Part shown: one piece after another, positions 20,384-32,979 of the stretch
Layout of the letters: each line of letters starts with the position of its first letter
Position numbering within the stretch: the stretch's first letter is position 1
Made by a program: the position numbers and the translations under genes
Notes under the pieces: model-generated
What the model was told of the DNA's origin: nothing
The model's database searches: none
What the model saw: the letters and a program-made list of their open reading frames with translations, nothing else
Source: an uncultured Acidobacteriota bacterium
Lineage (GTDB): Bacteria; Acidobacteriota; Vicinamibacteria; Vicinamibacterales; 2-12-FULL-66-21
Direction of reading: 5' to 3'
Length of the DNA stretch: 64,000 nucleotides
Assembly (NCBI GenBank): GCA_963786615.1
Contig: CAWAZT010000003.1
Coordinates: 138,007-202,006 of the forward strand

Positions 20384-22912
20384 CGCACCATGACCGTGAC
20401 CGGACTGAATGTGAGCTGCACCGGCGTGCCTTCCGGCGTGTTCGCAACGCCGTTGACGGCAATGACCGAATTGCCAGGCCCGACCGCGTCGAAGATCAGC
20501 GCTGCCAACAGGCCCGCGCCCGAGACGCCGGTCTGATCGCCGGCGCGCGTGACGGCGATGTCGACGCGTCCCGACGCCGCATCGATGCGCGGCGTGAACG
20601 ACGCGGTCACGCCGCCCTGGCGCATGAACGTGCCGTCCTGCACCGTGCGCACGCGGAGCACGGCCGGGTTGTACGTGATCGTGAGCGTCACGACCGAGAT
20701 CCGCGACGCGTTGTTGATCGAGACCGGCATCGTGTAAGGCCCACCGGCGACCTGGAACGTCGTCCCTGGAGGCGACACGATGATCTGCGCCGGAGTCGCC
20801 GGCGATACCGCACCAGTCGTCTGCCCCGCTGGCGGGGCGGCGCCAGGTGCCGGAGCGACGGGGGCTGGAGTCACGGGCGGCTGGCCGGCGGTCGTCGGAG
20901 GTGGCGTATTCGGCGATGGCGCCACCGGTACGCCGCCTTCCCCCGTTGTCGGAGGCGCGGCCGGCGGCGGTGGCGGCAGCCCGGGCACGGGCGACGTGGC
21001 CACCGGCGTGACCATGCCGGGCACCGGCGACGTGCCGGGCGGCGTCGGGACGTTGGTCGGTGGAACACCACCAGGCGTTGGCACACCACCTGGCGGGATG
21101 TTCGACGGCTGGTTCGACGGTGTCGGAGCCGCTGCTGCCGGCGGAGATCCCGCGCCCCCTGGCGTCTCGCCTTGTGGTGCAATCAACGGCGGCGGCCCGC
21201 CGAGGCCAACGTTCTGCTGCGTGCCGATGTAAATCGATCCGAGATCCGTCGACGTCAATTCATGGGTGCGAACGACGTGCGGCGTGATCAGCATCACGAT
21301 GTCGGTGTTCTTGATGTCGATATCGTTGCCGGAGAGCGCCTGCTTGAAGCCGGGAACATGGATCAGCCCGGGAAGTCCCTGGATCGATTTGCGCTCATCC
21401 TCGCCGATGAGGCCCGCGAGCAGATTCGACTCTCCTTCCCGCAAGCGCAGGTGCGTTGCGACCTTTCGGGAATTGAACGACGGAATACTCTGTCCCGCGA
21501 CATCGACGTTCTGTCCAAGGGAGCTGTTTTCGAGCGTGAGCTCGAGAATCACTTCCCCTTCATACGTCACGCGCGGCGTGATTTCCATGTTCACGCCGAT
21601 GGGCCGGTAGCGTGTACGACGACTGCGGAATCGTCGCAAAGCCCCCGGCGGCAGCGGCGCCGAACACCGTCGAGATCACCGGCACGTCTTGGCCCAGATT
21701 GAGGGTCATCTTCTGGCCTTCGGTGCCACGGAGCTGCGGCTTCGCCAGCGTGCGGCTGTGGCTGTCGCTCTCGAGGAAGTTCACCACCGCCGTCGGCACA
21801 CCCAGATAGAAGTCCGCCGTGCTCACGCCCTGGCTGATCGTGTTCAGGTTGAACGGCGGCGGCGCGCTCACCGCGCCGCCGGCGGTGTTGGGCGGCGCGA
21901 CCTCCGGCGAGAACAGGATGTTCAGGTTGTACTGGCTCAGATTGATGCCGTACCGCTTGATGCGCTCGCGATCGACTTCCAGGATCTCGACGTCGAGAAC
22001 GACCTCCGCCCGTGGCTTGTCGTTCGCCCGGATGATGCGGTCGATGACCTCCACCACCGGTGCTGTGGCACGGACGGTGATCGTGTTCGCCGCCTTGTTC
22101 GGCATCACCATCGGCGGCAACGGCAATTGCGGGATGCGCATGATCGTGTTGACGATCTGCGCCAGCTCGGTCGCGTCCGCGTGCGAAATGTAGAAGACCC
22201 GCACGACCAGCTCGTCGTACTGCGTGTGCTTGGCGGGCTGATCCGGAATGATGATGATCGTCCGCGGGTTCACGACCTTGTAGTAGTAGCCGTTCGCCGA
22301 CAGGATCTGCTGCAGCGCCTCTTCGATCGTCACGCCGTCGAGATTGACGGTGTACGGCTTGTCGACGAACTGCTGGTCGTACGTGACGTTGATCCCGGTG
22401 GTCGCGCCGATCACGTTCAAGATGTCGCGCAGGCTGGAGTTGTTGAAGCTGACGCGCAATGGATCGCGCGATGCGGGATTGAGCAGCGGCGGCTGGTTGA
22501 GGCGCTGGGCCTGCTGCTGCAGCTCCAGGATCTTGGGCTTCGGCCGCGACGCTTCCAGGCGATCGCGAATCGTCTGTTCGAGCTCCGCCACCTTTGCGAC
22601 GGCGGTCCGGTTCGACGCATCGAGCTGCAACGCGCGACGGTATTCCGCGAGGGCCCCGTCCAGCTGATCCTTCTTCTCGAGCTGCTGCGCCTTCTCGATG
22701 TGCGTGCGCGAGGCTTCTTCCTGCGCGCGCTGCAGGTGGATCTTGTACTCCGCGCTGTCGGGATCCTCCTGCACCGCCTTCGTGTAGTACGTGACGGCGG
22801 CGTCCCAGTCGGAGACCCGCGCCGCCTCCTGACCCTTGCGGAAGGCGGTTCCGGCCGCGCATCCGCCGGCCAGCAAGGCGACCAGGACCACACCTGCGAA
22901 TCTATGTCTCAT
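20380..22912 (-). CDS. Secretin (GspD/PilQ family) with lipobox, TPR region, Pro-rich linker and C-terminal cohesin-like domain; frameshift near 21610
   Basis: LLAGGC lipobox, TPR helices, N domain (RVFYISHADA), DKPRAEVVLDVEILEV, LAKPQLR, LRLREGESNLLAGLI, ITPHVVR, then about 130 aa P/T/G linker and a beta-sandwich (TITYNPAVLRV...GLLAALIFDA). Confidence 0.9.
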
Positions 22913-22928
22913 GTCAGCTGCCAGTCTC

Positions 22929-23489
22929 TCACTGTCCCCGCAAGGGAATCGTTCGGCGGCCCGTGCCGTTGGGATATTCCATCACGATCGATTCCACACC
23001 GATCTTGACGATGCGGTAGCGGCCGTCAATTATCTCGCCTTCCCTCCCGTAGAACACGTCGCGGCCGTCCGAGAGTGCCGCGATCTTGCCCGGCCGGCCG
23101 TCGAACACGCCGAAGAACTTCAGGGCAATCGGCGCCGGTCCGGCTGGCTGCAAGCGGCTCGACTGGCTGCGGAATCGGTGCGGGCGCCGGCCTCGTCGCG
23201 TCGGGCGCCTCCGATGGCGGCGCCTTGGGCTGAAATCGAAAAGGATTCCGGCCGCTGGTGCTCGGCTCCGGCGGCGGTTGATCCAGCGCGCCCAGCTGCA
23301 CGCGCAGGGCACTCGGATCGACTGCACCGGCCTGGCCCGGACCGCGTGGTCCCCGCTCGATTAGACGGCCCGGAGCCCGTCGCGGCCGAGGGCCACAGCT
23401 GATATGTCACGAGCGCCACGACGGCGGCACCCAGCGCCATCAGCAGCCAGGGCCGCGGTCGCGCGGCCGATCACCTGGTCAGCCGGCAT
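22929..23489 (-). CDS. PilP/GspC-position accessory protein, frameshifted
   Basis: N-terminal TM, GRNPFRF, Pro-rich stretch, LKFFG...REGEIIDGRYRIVKIGVESI; lies between pilO and the secretin. Confidence 0.6.
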
Positions 23490-24052
23490 TGCCCGCCCGG
23501 AAATACGTCGCGACGTCGAGCTTCACCGTCAGCGCCGCGCTCCTGGTCCTCCGGCGCGGAGAGCGCCACGTTCTCGAGGACCATGAACTCCGGGGCGGTC
23601 TCCAACGAGTAGATGAACTGCCGCACGTCCCGGTAGTCCCCGGTCAACATGTAGGTCGTCGTGACCTTCTGGAGATTGCTGCCCTTTTCCTGCTTGACGA
23701 TGTTCGTGCCGCGCTCGAGGCGAAGGTTCGACTCGCGCGCGAGCTGCGACAGGCGGCGGTACGTGATGCCTCTCGCGGAGCTCGCGTTGGCCGGCAGCAC
23801 GTCGAGATAGAACTTGCGGAGTGCCGAATCCGCCTGCTCTTTGCCCTGCACGGTCGCGCGGGCGGACGCCGCATCCTGCCGCGCACGCCGCAGCGCCTCG
23901 CGCTGCAATTGTGCGTCCTGCTCGGCGCCGGCAACCTGACGCCCAAGCGGGAACACCAGCAGCGCGAAGAGCAGGACGTTGCCGATCGCCGCCACGGCCA
24001 GCGCCAGCACCAGGCGGCGCTTTTCCGCCAGGATCCGTCGAAACAGCGTCAT
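23479..24052 (-). CDS. pilO: PilO/GspM-like protein, C-terminal frameshift
   Basis: TM plus coiled coil; LTGDYRDVRQFIYSLET motif; operon position. Confidence 0.75.
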
Positions 24053-24651
24053 CGTTTCGACTCCTTCGGCGTCGTCACGGCCGCCGGCCGCACCCCTTGA
24101 CGTTCCGGCGCGTACACCGCCGTCATCGTCATGTGGTGGAGCCCGTCCTCGGTGACGTTCTCGGCGCTCCACGAGACATCGCGAAACACGCCAGTCGCCT
24201 CGAGCTTCTCGAAGAACGCATCGTTGTCCTCGGCGCGCCGGCCCTGAATGTCCATGTTGACGTGCGTGATGCCGTCCTTGAAATCAGGGCGGACGGCCGT
24301 CAGCATCACGTTCTCCGGCAGCGTCGCTTCGAGCCGGTTGAAGAGCTCGGTCCAGGAAAAGGTCCGCTGCTCGATCAGGCCGTTGGCCTCCTTGGCCGCG
24401 GCGGCGACGAGCGCCAGCTCCTGCGGGTTCATGCCGCGTCGGATGTCCGCGGCCTCCCGCGTCCGGCGATCGATCTCGTCACGGTCGCGATAGATGGCGG
24501 CAGTGAGCTCGGTCTTGTAACGCGACAACGTCAGGATCCGGCCGGCCTGCATGGCGGTCACCAGCACCAGGATGGCGGCAAGAATCCCGAGCAGCACGTG
24601 GACGGCGCGCTCGTTGTAGAACGGTCTGGTCGAAAGGTTGGTGCGAAGCAC
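24049..24651 (-). CDS. pilN: PilN-like protein
   Basis: MLRTNLSTRPF (N-terminal NL motif), TM, FSWTELFNRLEATLPENVML. Confidence 0.8.
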   Translation of the reverse strand: MLRTNLSTRPFYNERAVHVLLGILAAILVLVTAMQAGRILTLSRYKTELTAAIYRDRDEIDRRTREAADIRRGMNPQELALVAAAAKEANGLIEQRTFSWTELFNRLEATLPENVMLTAVRPDFKDGITHVNMDIQGRRAEDNDAFFEKLEATGVFRDVSWSAENVTEDGLHHMTMTAVYAPERQGVRPAAVTTPKESKR

Positions 24652-25654
24652 TTACGCGACCCGCTCTCGAAGGACGACGCCGACGGCGGGCGCCAGCGCG
24701 TCGAGCAGCTCGGTGCCGGCCGAGATGCGATCCACCATGTGGGCGCCGCTGCGGAAATCCAGCGCCTCCACGCGAACACCCAGACGCTCCTCGAGGCCAC
24801 GGCGGGCCAACTCGCCGGCATCGGCGCCACGGGCCGCCGCACCCGACAGGAGGACGCGGCCGAACTGGCCGCCGCCGAGCCGATCCTCGTGGTACATCGC
24901 GGTCTGATGCACGAGATCGGTCAGGTCGCTGTAGGTCTCGAGCTGTCGGGTCCGAAAGAAAATCAGATCCTTCCCGCGGACGATCGCCAGCGTGGCGTAG
25001 TCGGGCGTCACGTGCACGACCAGGAGGTCGCCCCTCGAGGTCGCTTGGGGCGACCCTGAGTCGATCGAAGGATCGCCGCCGGCAGCCGGCTCCCCTGAAC
25101 CGGCCAGGACGGCATTGATCAGATTGAGCGACGCCAGATCGACGATGCCCGCCTGCACGCCCGCGGCCGCGCAGACCCGTCTGATACCCCTCGATGACGT
25201 CGCGACGCGCCAAGGTCACCAGAAACTCCTGGCCGCCTTGCGGCAGCAGTCCCGCGGGAACCCAGGAGATCTCCGCCTCTTCGGGCTTGAACGGCGCCGC
25301 CTTCCGCATCTGCCAGCGAATCAGCTGATCGAGGTCCGACTGCGCTGGCACCTTCTCGAAGCGCAGCAGCGAGACCTTCGCGGCGGAGTCGGGAATCACG
25401 AGCGCGACGCGGCGCTGGCGCGACCCGAGCTTGTCGAGCGCGGAACGCAGCGCCGTGACGATGGCGGCCTCGTCGTGGATGTTGGGCGCGTTGAGCGCCG
25501 GCGTCAAGACGCCGCTTGGCAGCGCCTTCAACCGCATAGCCCGCCACCGTATTCGAGCCGCCCTGCCGCCCGATCGAGACAGCCGTCACCCTGTCCGAGG
25601 CGAGCTCGACGCCCACCGACGGCGGCGGACTCGCGAAGAACGATGGCAGGAGGC

Positions 25655-25658
<4 letters not shown>
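24652..25658 (-). CDS. pilM: PilM-like actin-fold assembly protein, frameshifted
   Basis: VGVELASDRV, RVALVIPD, LIRWQMRK, LIFFR and VLLSG across three frames; directly upstream of pilN. Confidence 0.78.
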
Positions 25659-27328
<1,670 letters not shown>

Positions 27329-27347
27329 GAGATACCTCTGACGAGCC

Positions 27348-28557
27348 TCATCGCAGGGCCGACGACAGGTTGAACAGCGGCAGATAGAGCGCGAGCAGCA
27401 GGCCCGCGATCACGATGCCCATGATCACGAGCAGGATCGGCTCGACCAGCGTGACGAACCGGCCAAGGTTGGTCTCGATCTCCTCGTCGTAGAAATCCGC
27501 GAGGCTGTTGAGCATCTCCTGCAGCGCGCCGGTCGACTCGCCAACCTCCACCATCTTGATCGAGACGTCGGGGAATGCGCCGCTGTCTTCCATCGCCGTA
27601 GCGAGCGCACGCCCTTCACGCACCTGTTGAGCCGCGGCCTGAAGCTCCCCCGCCATGTACTGATTGCCGAGCGACCGCGCGGACACTTCCAGCGCGTTGA
27701 CGAGCGGGATGCCGCCGCCGAGCAGCGTCGCGAGCGTGCGCGCCGCCTGCGACGTCGAGAACTTCTGTGCAATCGATCCCAGCGCAGGCATCTTCAGGAT
27801 CAGACGATCGAGCCGCCGCCGCTGGCCGGGCTGTTTCATCCACCACCAGCTGCCGAGGGCAATTGCCGCGATCCCGCCGACGATGAGCCAGAAGTAGCTC
27901 GTCGCAAAGCCCGAGATGCTGACGATCATCCGCGTCGACCACGGAAGCTCGTGCCCGAACTGGTTGTAGAACGCGCCGAATTCCGGAACGACGCGCACGA
28001 CGATGATCGTGACGACGACGAACGACAGCAACAGCAGAATGACCGGATAGACGAGCGCCGAGATCGTCTTCCGTCGGACGCCGGAGACCACTTTCACGTA
28101 GCTGACATAGCGGCGCAGCACCGACTCGAGGTTGCCGGACTTTTCGCCGGCGAGCAGAGACGCCGTGTAGACGCCCGGAAACATCTGGCCGTGCGCGTCG
28201 AACGCTTCCGACAGGGCGCTCCCCGCCCGCACCCGCTCGTGCACATCGTCCAGAATGCCCTTGAAGATGGGGTTCGTGACGCGGCGGCGGAGGATGTCGA
28301 GCGACTGGACGAGCGGCATGCCCGCCTTGAGCAACGTGGCCAGCTCCTGGTTGAACACCAGGAACTCGCGGCTGGGCACTCGTCGGCGCCGCGGCAGGCT
28401 GAGCCCCGCCAGCGCGCGGCGTCCGGCCTGCTGAATCCCGAGGACGAGAAGGCCCTTTTCCTCGAACTCGCGGCGGAGCCGCGCCTCGCTGTCGGCGACG
28501 TAGATCGCCTTCGATGATGTCCCCACCCGGAGTGCCGAGCCGGCAGCGATACTCCAT
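27348..28557 (-). CDS. pilC: GspF/PilC platform protein, frameshift near 28510
   Basis: FNQELATLLKAGMPL, AGEKSGNL, ALVYP, MVEVGESTGAL, LVEPILL...YLPLF. Confidence 0.92.
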
Positions 28558-28749
28558 ACCTTATCGCCCGCGCTCCGACGTTTCCGCGCAACGTCTTGCT
28601 ATAGCTGACATTATGGGAAATCGCTCCGCTGAATTATAGCAGCCCCAGCAGATGTACCCACGTGGACCGGCCATACAGCTTAGACCGCCGGCCGGCTGCG
28701 CCGGCTGGGGCGCCTGATGGACGATCGATCGCTCGTTGGGGGCGTCGCG

Positions 28750-29424
28750 CTACTGGAGTCCGGCGATCGCGAGGATGCGCGAGACATAGCTGCGCGTCTC
28801 ACGATAGGGAGGCACACCGTTGAACCGCGTGACGGCCCCCTCGCCGGCGTTGTAGGCGGCCAGCGCGAGCTCGACACCCCACCTGTCGATCAGCGACTTG
28901 AGCCGCTTGATGCCTGCCTCGATGTTCGACTTGGGATCGTAGGGATTGCGGAGGTTGTACTCGCGCGCCGTCTGCGGCATGAGCTGCATCAGCCCCATGG
29001 CGCCTTTGGACGACCGCGCCCGCGGGTTGTACTTCGACTCGACCTGTATCAGCGCCCGGACCAGCATCGGGTCCACGCCGTTGGCCTCGGACATCGCGGA
29101 GATGATCTCGCCGTACGGAGTGGAGTCGAGCACAGACGCCACGTCCGCTCGTGGCTCGGCGGCGGCCACGACTTCCTGTTCCGGCACAGGATCCGGGTGC
29201 GGCACCTCGTCGGGGACGATCCGGTCGACAATGCTCTTGTCGCATCGGACCTCGCCGCCGGCGCGCATGGTCAGGACGATCGTGTCGCCTTCTTGCCGAT
29301 GCTCCTTGACCGAAAGAGTGCGTCCGGAGCTGAGGAACACGATCTCCGCGGAGGCCGAACTGACACCCAGTGCCAGGAACAGACACATCCCCGCCAGAAG
29401 CCGAGCAATTGGTCGCATCACCAT
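28750..29424 (-). CDS. Lytic transglycosylase (SLT domain)
   Basis: Signal peptide; ALIQVESKYNPRARSSKGAMGLMQLMP; ALAAYNAGEG; PPYRETRSYV. Confidence 0.92.
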   Translation of the reverse strand: MVMRPIARLLAGMCLFLALGVSSASAEIVFLSSGRTLSVKEHRQEGDTIVLTMRAGGEVRCDKSIVDRIVPDEVPHPDPVPEQEVVAAAEPRADVASVLDSTPYGEIISAMSEANGVDPMLVRALIQVESKYNPRARSSKGAMGLMQLMPQTAREYNLRNPYDPKSNIEAGIKRLKSLIDRWGVELALAAYNAGEGAVTRFNGVPPYRETRSYVSRILAIAGLQ

Positions 29425-29555
29425 TGGGACGAACGATCCTAGCATCCGGTTGTCCGCTGTGTCCAGAAACACTACAGTCGAGCCGCGACTGCTCGCGGGA
29501 TGCACTCTGGATCTTCTATCGGCCGGAACGCAGACGAACCTGACTGGACCGGAGG

Positions 29556-30425
29556 CTACTTCGACCCGAGGTAGGTGTGGTAAACGCGGATGCCCAGCTC
29601 GCGCGGATCGCCGCGCGCCGGGGGCGAAGGTCTTGTCCACGTCGAAGACGAGGTCGACCATGTCGGCGGCTCCGAGCTGGTCGGCTGAAATCGGGAAGAT
29701 CTCGGATGGTCCGCTCCTTGGCGTCGGCGGCGAAGTCGGTGATGACCTTGTCGCCAATCTTCACGGTCACGTGCTGGGGCGGGTTGAAGAGGTCGGGACG
29801 CGCGTCGTAATCCAGATAAAACGTGGAGTCCTTCTTCGGATTCCTGAACGACAAGGTCGCGGTCTTCTTCGTCCACTGCCACTCGTTCGCCGGGTTCTTC
29901 GCGTCCACTTCCGCCGGATGCCAGCCATCCTTCGTGACCAGGAAGATGTTCTCGGACGAGGGCAGCAGCTGGAACTTCGTGACGAGGTACTCCCGCCGCG
30001 ACAGGTCCTGCGCGTTCAGCGTCAGTCGGTTTCCCGTGGTCGGGTCGTACAGGCCGAGCCGCACAGTCGCCTCGCCGATGTACGGATAGTTGGGAACGAA
30101 AATGGTCCGGCTTGTATTCGATCGTCTGCCCCGGCTTCCATTGGCTCGTCGGCACCGCGGGCAGATGGTCGTCGTCCCACATCTGCTCCCCTTCCGGGTC
30201 GAGGACGTGCACGAACACGTAGTAGTTCTTGTCGATCGACGCGTTGGGCGCGACCTGGAACTTGTACGTGAGCGTGACGGCGCTGCCGATGGGGACGCGG
30301 TCCTTGCTCAACGACAGCGACGGCGTCGCCACGGCCGGGTCGGTGTTCTGGTTGCGCCGGCAGCCGGCCGTCAGCACGAGCAGTGACACGACCGCCACGA
30401 TCGGCAGCCTGAACGACATTCTCAT
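29556..30425 (-). CDS. Hypothetical lipoprotein, frameshifted
   Basis: LTAGC lipobox; YYVFVH...DDH...TSQWKPG; GWHPAE...WQWT; coding-like codon usage across three frames. Confidence 0.6.
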   Translation of the reverse strand: MRMSFRLPIVAVVSLLVLTAGCRRNQNTDPAVATPSLSLSKDRVPIGSAVTLTYKFQVAPNASIDKNYYVFVHVLDPEGEQMWDDDHLPAVPTSQWKPGQTIEYKPDHFRSQLSVHRRGDCAARPVRPDHGKPTDAERAGPVAAGVPRHEVPAAALVREHLPGHEGWLASGGSGREEPGERVAVDEEDRDLVVQESEEGLHVLSGLRRASRPLQPAPARDREDWRQGHHRLRRRRQGADHPRSSRFQPTSSEPPTWSTSSSTWTRPSPPARGDPRELGIRVYHTYLGSK

Positions 30426-30530
30426 AGGAGAGGTACGAACTGGATACAGTGCGGAAACATCCCGACGTCGGGGATGGTAACGCAGTTGTGGCAGCTACAG
30501 CAATATGTTAGCCTGCGGGCCGCGGGTGAC

Positions 30531-30592
30531 GCGGATCACGCGGACCGGACGCGATCACGCGAATTCTGTCTGCGTCGTTCCGCGTGATCCGC
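30531..30592. repeat. Perfect 14-bp inverted repeat built of gatcacgcg units
   Basis: gcggatcacgcgga (30531-30544) and tccgcgtgatccgc (30579-30592), with a third gatcacgcg copy between them. Confidence 0.8.
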
Positions 30593-30638
30593 TGATTCCG
30601 CGGTCCATCCGACTCCGCGGCCGCCGAAGGGAGCCCTG

Positions 30639-30920
30639 TTGGAAGCGCTAGGCATGGTCGAAACTCGCGGCCTCATCGGATCGATCGAAGCGGCCGACGC
30701 GATGGTGAAGGCTGCGAACGTGGTCCTCGTCGGCAAGGAATACATCGGCGCGGGCTACGTCACGGTGCTCGTTCGTGGTGACGTAGGCGCCGTGAAGGCG
30801 GCGACCGACGCGGGTGCCGCCGCCGCGCGACGCGTCGGCGAGCTGATTTCCGTGCACGTGATTCCGCGTCCCCACAGCGAAGTCGAAAAGATTCTGCCAA
30901 AGGCCCCCAAGGCGTCGTAG
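30639..30920 (+). CDS. Bacterial microcompartment shell hexamer (BMC-H, EutM/PduA/CcmK-like)
   Basis: [10 protein letters not shown]...[11 protein letters not shown]...[14 protein letters not shown]...HVIPRPH. Confidence 0.97.
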   Translation: MEALGMVETRGLIGSIEAADAMVKAANVVLVGKEYIGAGYVTVLVRGDVGAVKAATDAGAAAARRVGELISVHVIPRPHSEVEKILPKAPKAS

Positions 30921-30941
30921 CGCGCCTGCCGCATCAGGACG

Positions 30942-32670
30942 ATGGCGCAGCCCCAGGCCCAGACCGATCGCGATCTCGGCTCCATTGCGGAAGCACGGTC
31001 GCTCGCGCGCCGCGCAAAGGCGGCGGCCGCCGCCCTGGGCGAGCGCTCCCAGGACCAGATCGACGCGATCGTCGACGCCATGGCCGCGGCCGTCACCCCG
31101 CACGCCGAGTCGCTCGCGCGCCTCGCCTGCGAAGAAACCGGCTACGGCGTGGTCGCGGACAAGATCCAGAAGAACCTGTTCGCGTCCGAAAAGGTCTACA
31201 AGTTCATCCGCCCGATGAAGACCGTCGGCGTCATCCGGCGGCTCGACGATCGCAAGGTGATCGAGATTGCCGAGCCGTTTGGCGTGGTGGCCGCGATCGT
31301 CCCGTCCACCAACCCGACGTCCACGGCGATCTACAAGATCCTGATTTCCCTCAAGGCGCGCTGCCCCATCGTGATCAGCCCGCACCCTGCCGCGGTGCGA
31401 TGCATCACCCGCGTGGCCGAAGTGATGAACGAAGCCGCGCGCGGCGCCGGCGCGCCGGACGGATCGATCAACTGGATGACGACCGTCACGCTCGAGGGAA
31501 CGCAGGAACTGATGAAGGCGCGCGAGGTGGCCGTGATCCTCGCGACGGGCGGGATGGGACTGGTCCGGGCGGCCTACAGCGCCGGCAAGCCCGCGTACGG
31601 CGTCGGTCCCGGCAACGCGCCGGCCTTCGTGGAACGGACCGCCGACGTCCCCAAGGCCGTCCGCGACATCGTTACCGGCAAGACCTTCGACAACGGTCTC
31701 CTCTGCTCGTCCGAAAACTCCATCGTCGTCGACGCGCCCGTGGTGGAGGAGGTGAAGCGCGAGCTTCTGAAGAACGGCGCCTACTTCCTGTCGCCGCCGG
31801 AGATCGATGCCGTTGCGAAACTGCTCGTCAGCCCCCAGCGGCTGCCGAACCCGGCGCTCGTCGGCAGACCGGCGCCGTACATCGCCCAACAGGCCGGCGT
31901 CACGGTCCCGGCCGACACGCGGGTCCTCATCGCCGAGCTCAAGGGTGTCGGGCGCGACTATCCGCTCTCGATCGAGAAGCTCTGTCCCGTCCTCTCCTTC
32001 TATATAGTGGCCGACTGGCGCGAGGGCTGCGAGCGGTGCAAGGAGATCCTCCGATACGGCGGCATGGGTCACACGATGTCGATTCACTCACGCAACGACG
32101 ACGTGATCCTGGAGTTTGGCCTCAAGAAGCCGGCCTATCGCATCGTCGTGAACACGCCGACCACGCATGGATCCATCGGATTGACGACCGGGCTCGACCC
32201 GGCGATGACGCTGGGATGCGGCGGGTATGGCGGCAACATCACGTCCGACAACATCTCGCCTCGCCACCTCCTGAACATCAAGCGACTGGCGTACGAGATC
32301 ACGCCGGCGGTCGTGCGCAAGGCCGTCGAACCGGCTGTCCCGAAGGTCCGCGTCTCCTCCGTCCGCCTGCGGCGCCCCCCCAGCCGGGCGGCATCGCGGC
32401 CGACGTGCTGCTCAAACCGGATCGACGAGTTCCTGTCGTCGCGCGGCTATCGGGTCACGGCGCCGGCCGCAGACGGCTCCCCACGCCGGCGCCCAGCGAC
32501 CGCCGGCCCCGAGTGTTGAAAAACCTACCGACTTCGTATGCGAAGAAGACGTTCGCCAGGCGATCCGCCAGGGTCGCAAAATTGTAATCGGCGAGCGCTC
32601 TATCGTGACACCGGCGGCGCGTGACCTGGGGGAACAGCACCATCTCTTCGTGCAGGCTTCGTGGCGATGA
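30942..32670 (+). CDS. CoA-acylating aldehyde dehydrogenase (EutE/PduP/AdhE-N-like) with C-terminal extension; frameshifts near 32350-32520
   Basis: [57 protein letters not shown]; tail read to TGA at 32670. Confidence 0.92.
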
Positions 32671-32725
32671 GCGTCAGTAAACCGCTGATCGTGCACACGT
32701 TAGTGTCGTCCGAATCGATCCAGGG

Positions 32726-32755
32726 TTGACCGGTCCATTCGGCGGATGCTATGCT
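32726..32755 (+). promoter_or_regulatory. Sigma70-type promoter upstream of the LysM transglycosylase
   Basis: TTGACC-N18-TATGCT with a TG extended -10. Confidence 0.5.
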
Positions 32756-32979
32756 GACCGCCCCCAGCAATTTACGAGTTCGACACCGCCTCGCGGTGAG
32801 CAAGACAGCCGGTTTTTTGAGTCTTTTCGGGTCACCGGCACCACCTTGGACGCTCCAGATCCTGAATCGCCCGCGTGCAGAGCGCGGTGATGTGTGGTCG
32901 GGGGCGAGCTGAACGGGGCACCTGACTTGCACGCGCGTTGCCGCGTGCCGGTCACGATATTCCGCGAGGAGCATCCCGC

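Noticed and set aside
20780-21232. Gly/Pro-rich repeat ORFs here and at 14520-14960 as collagen-like or repeat elements
   Set aside because: They are low-complexity linkers of the secretin and pseudopilin read on the other strand or frame.
32770-32800. tRNA suggested by GTTCGA
   Set aside because: No T-stem pairing or cloverleaf around it.
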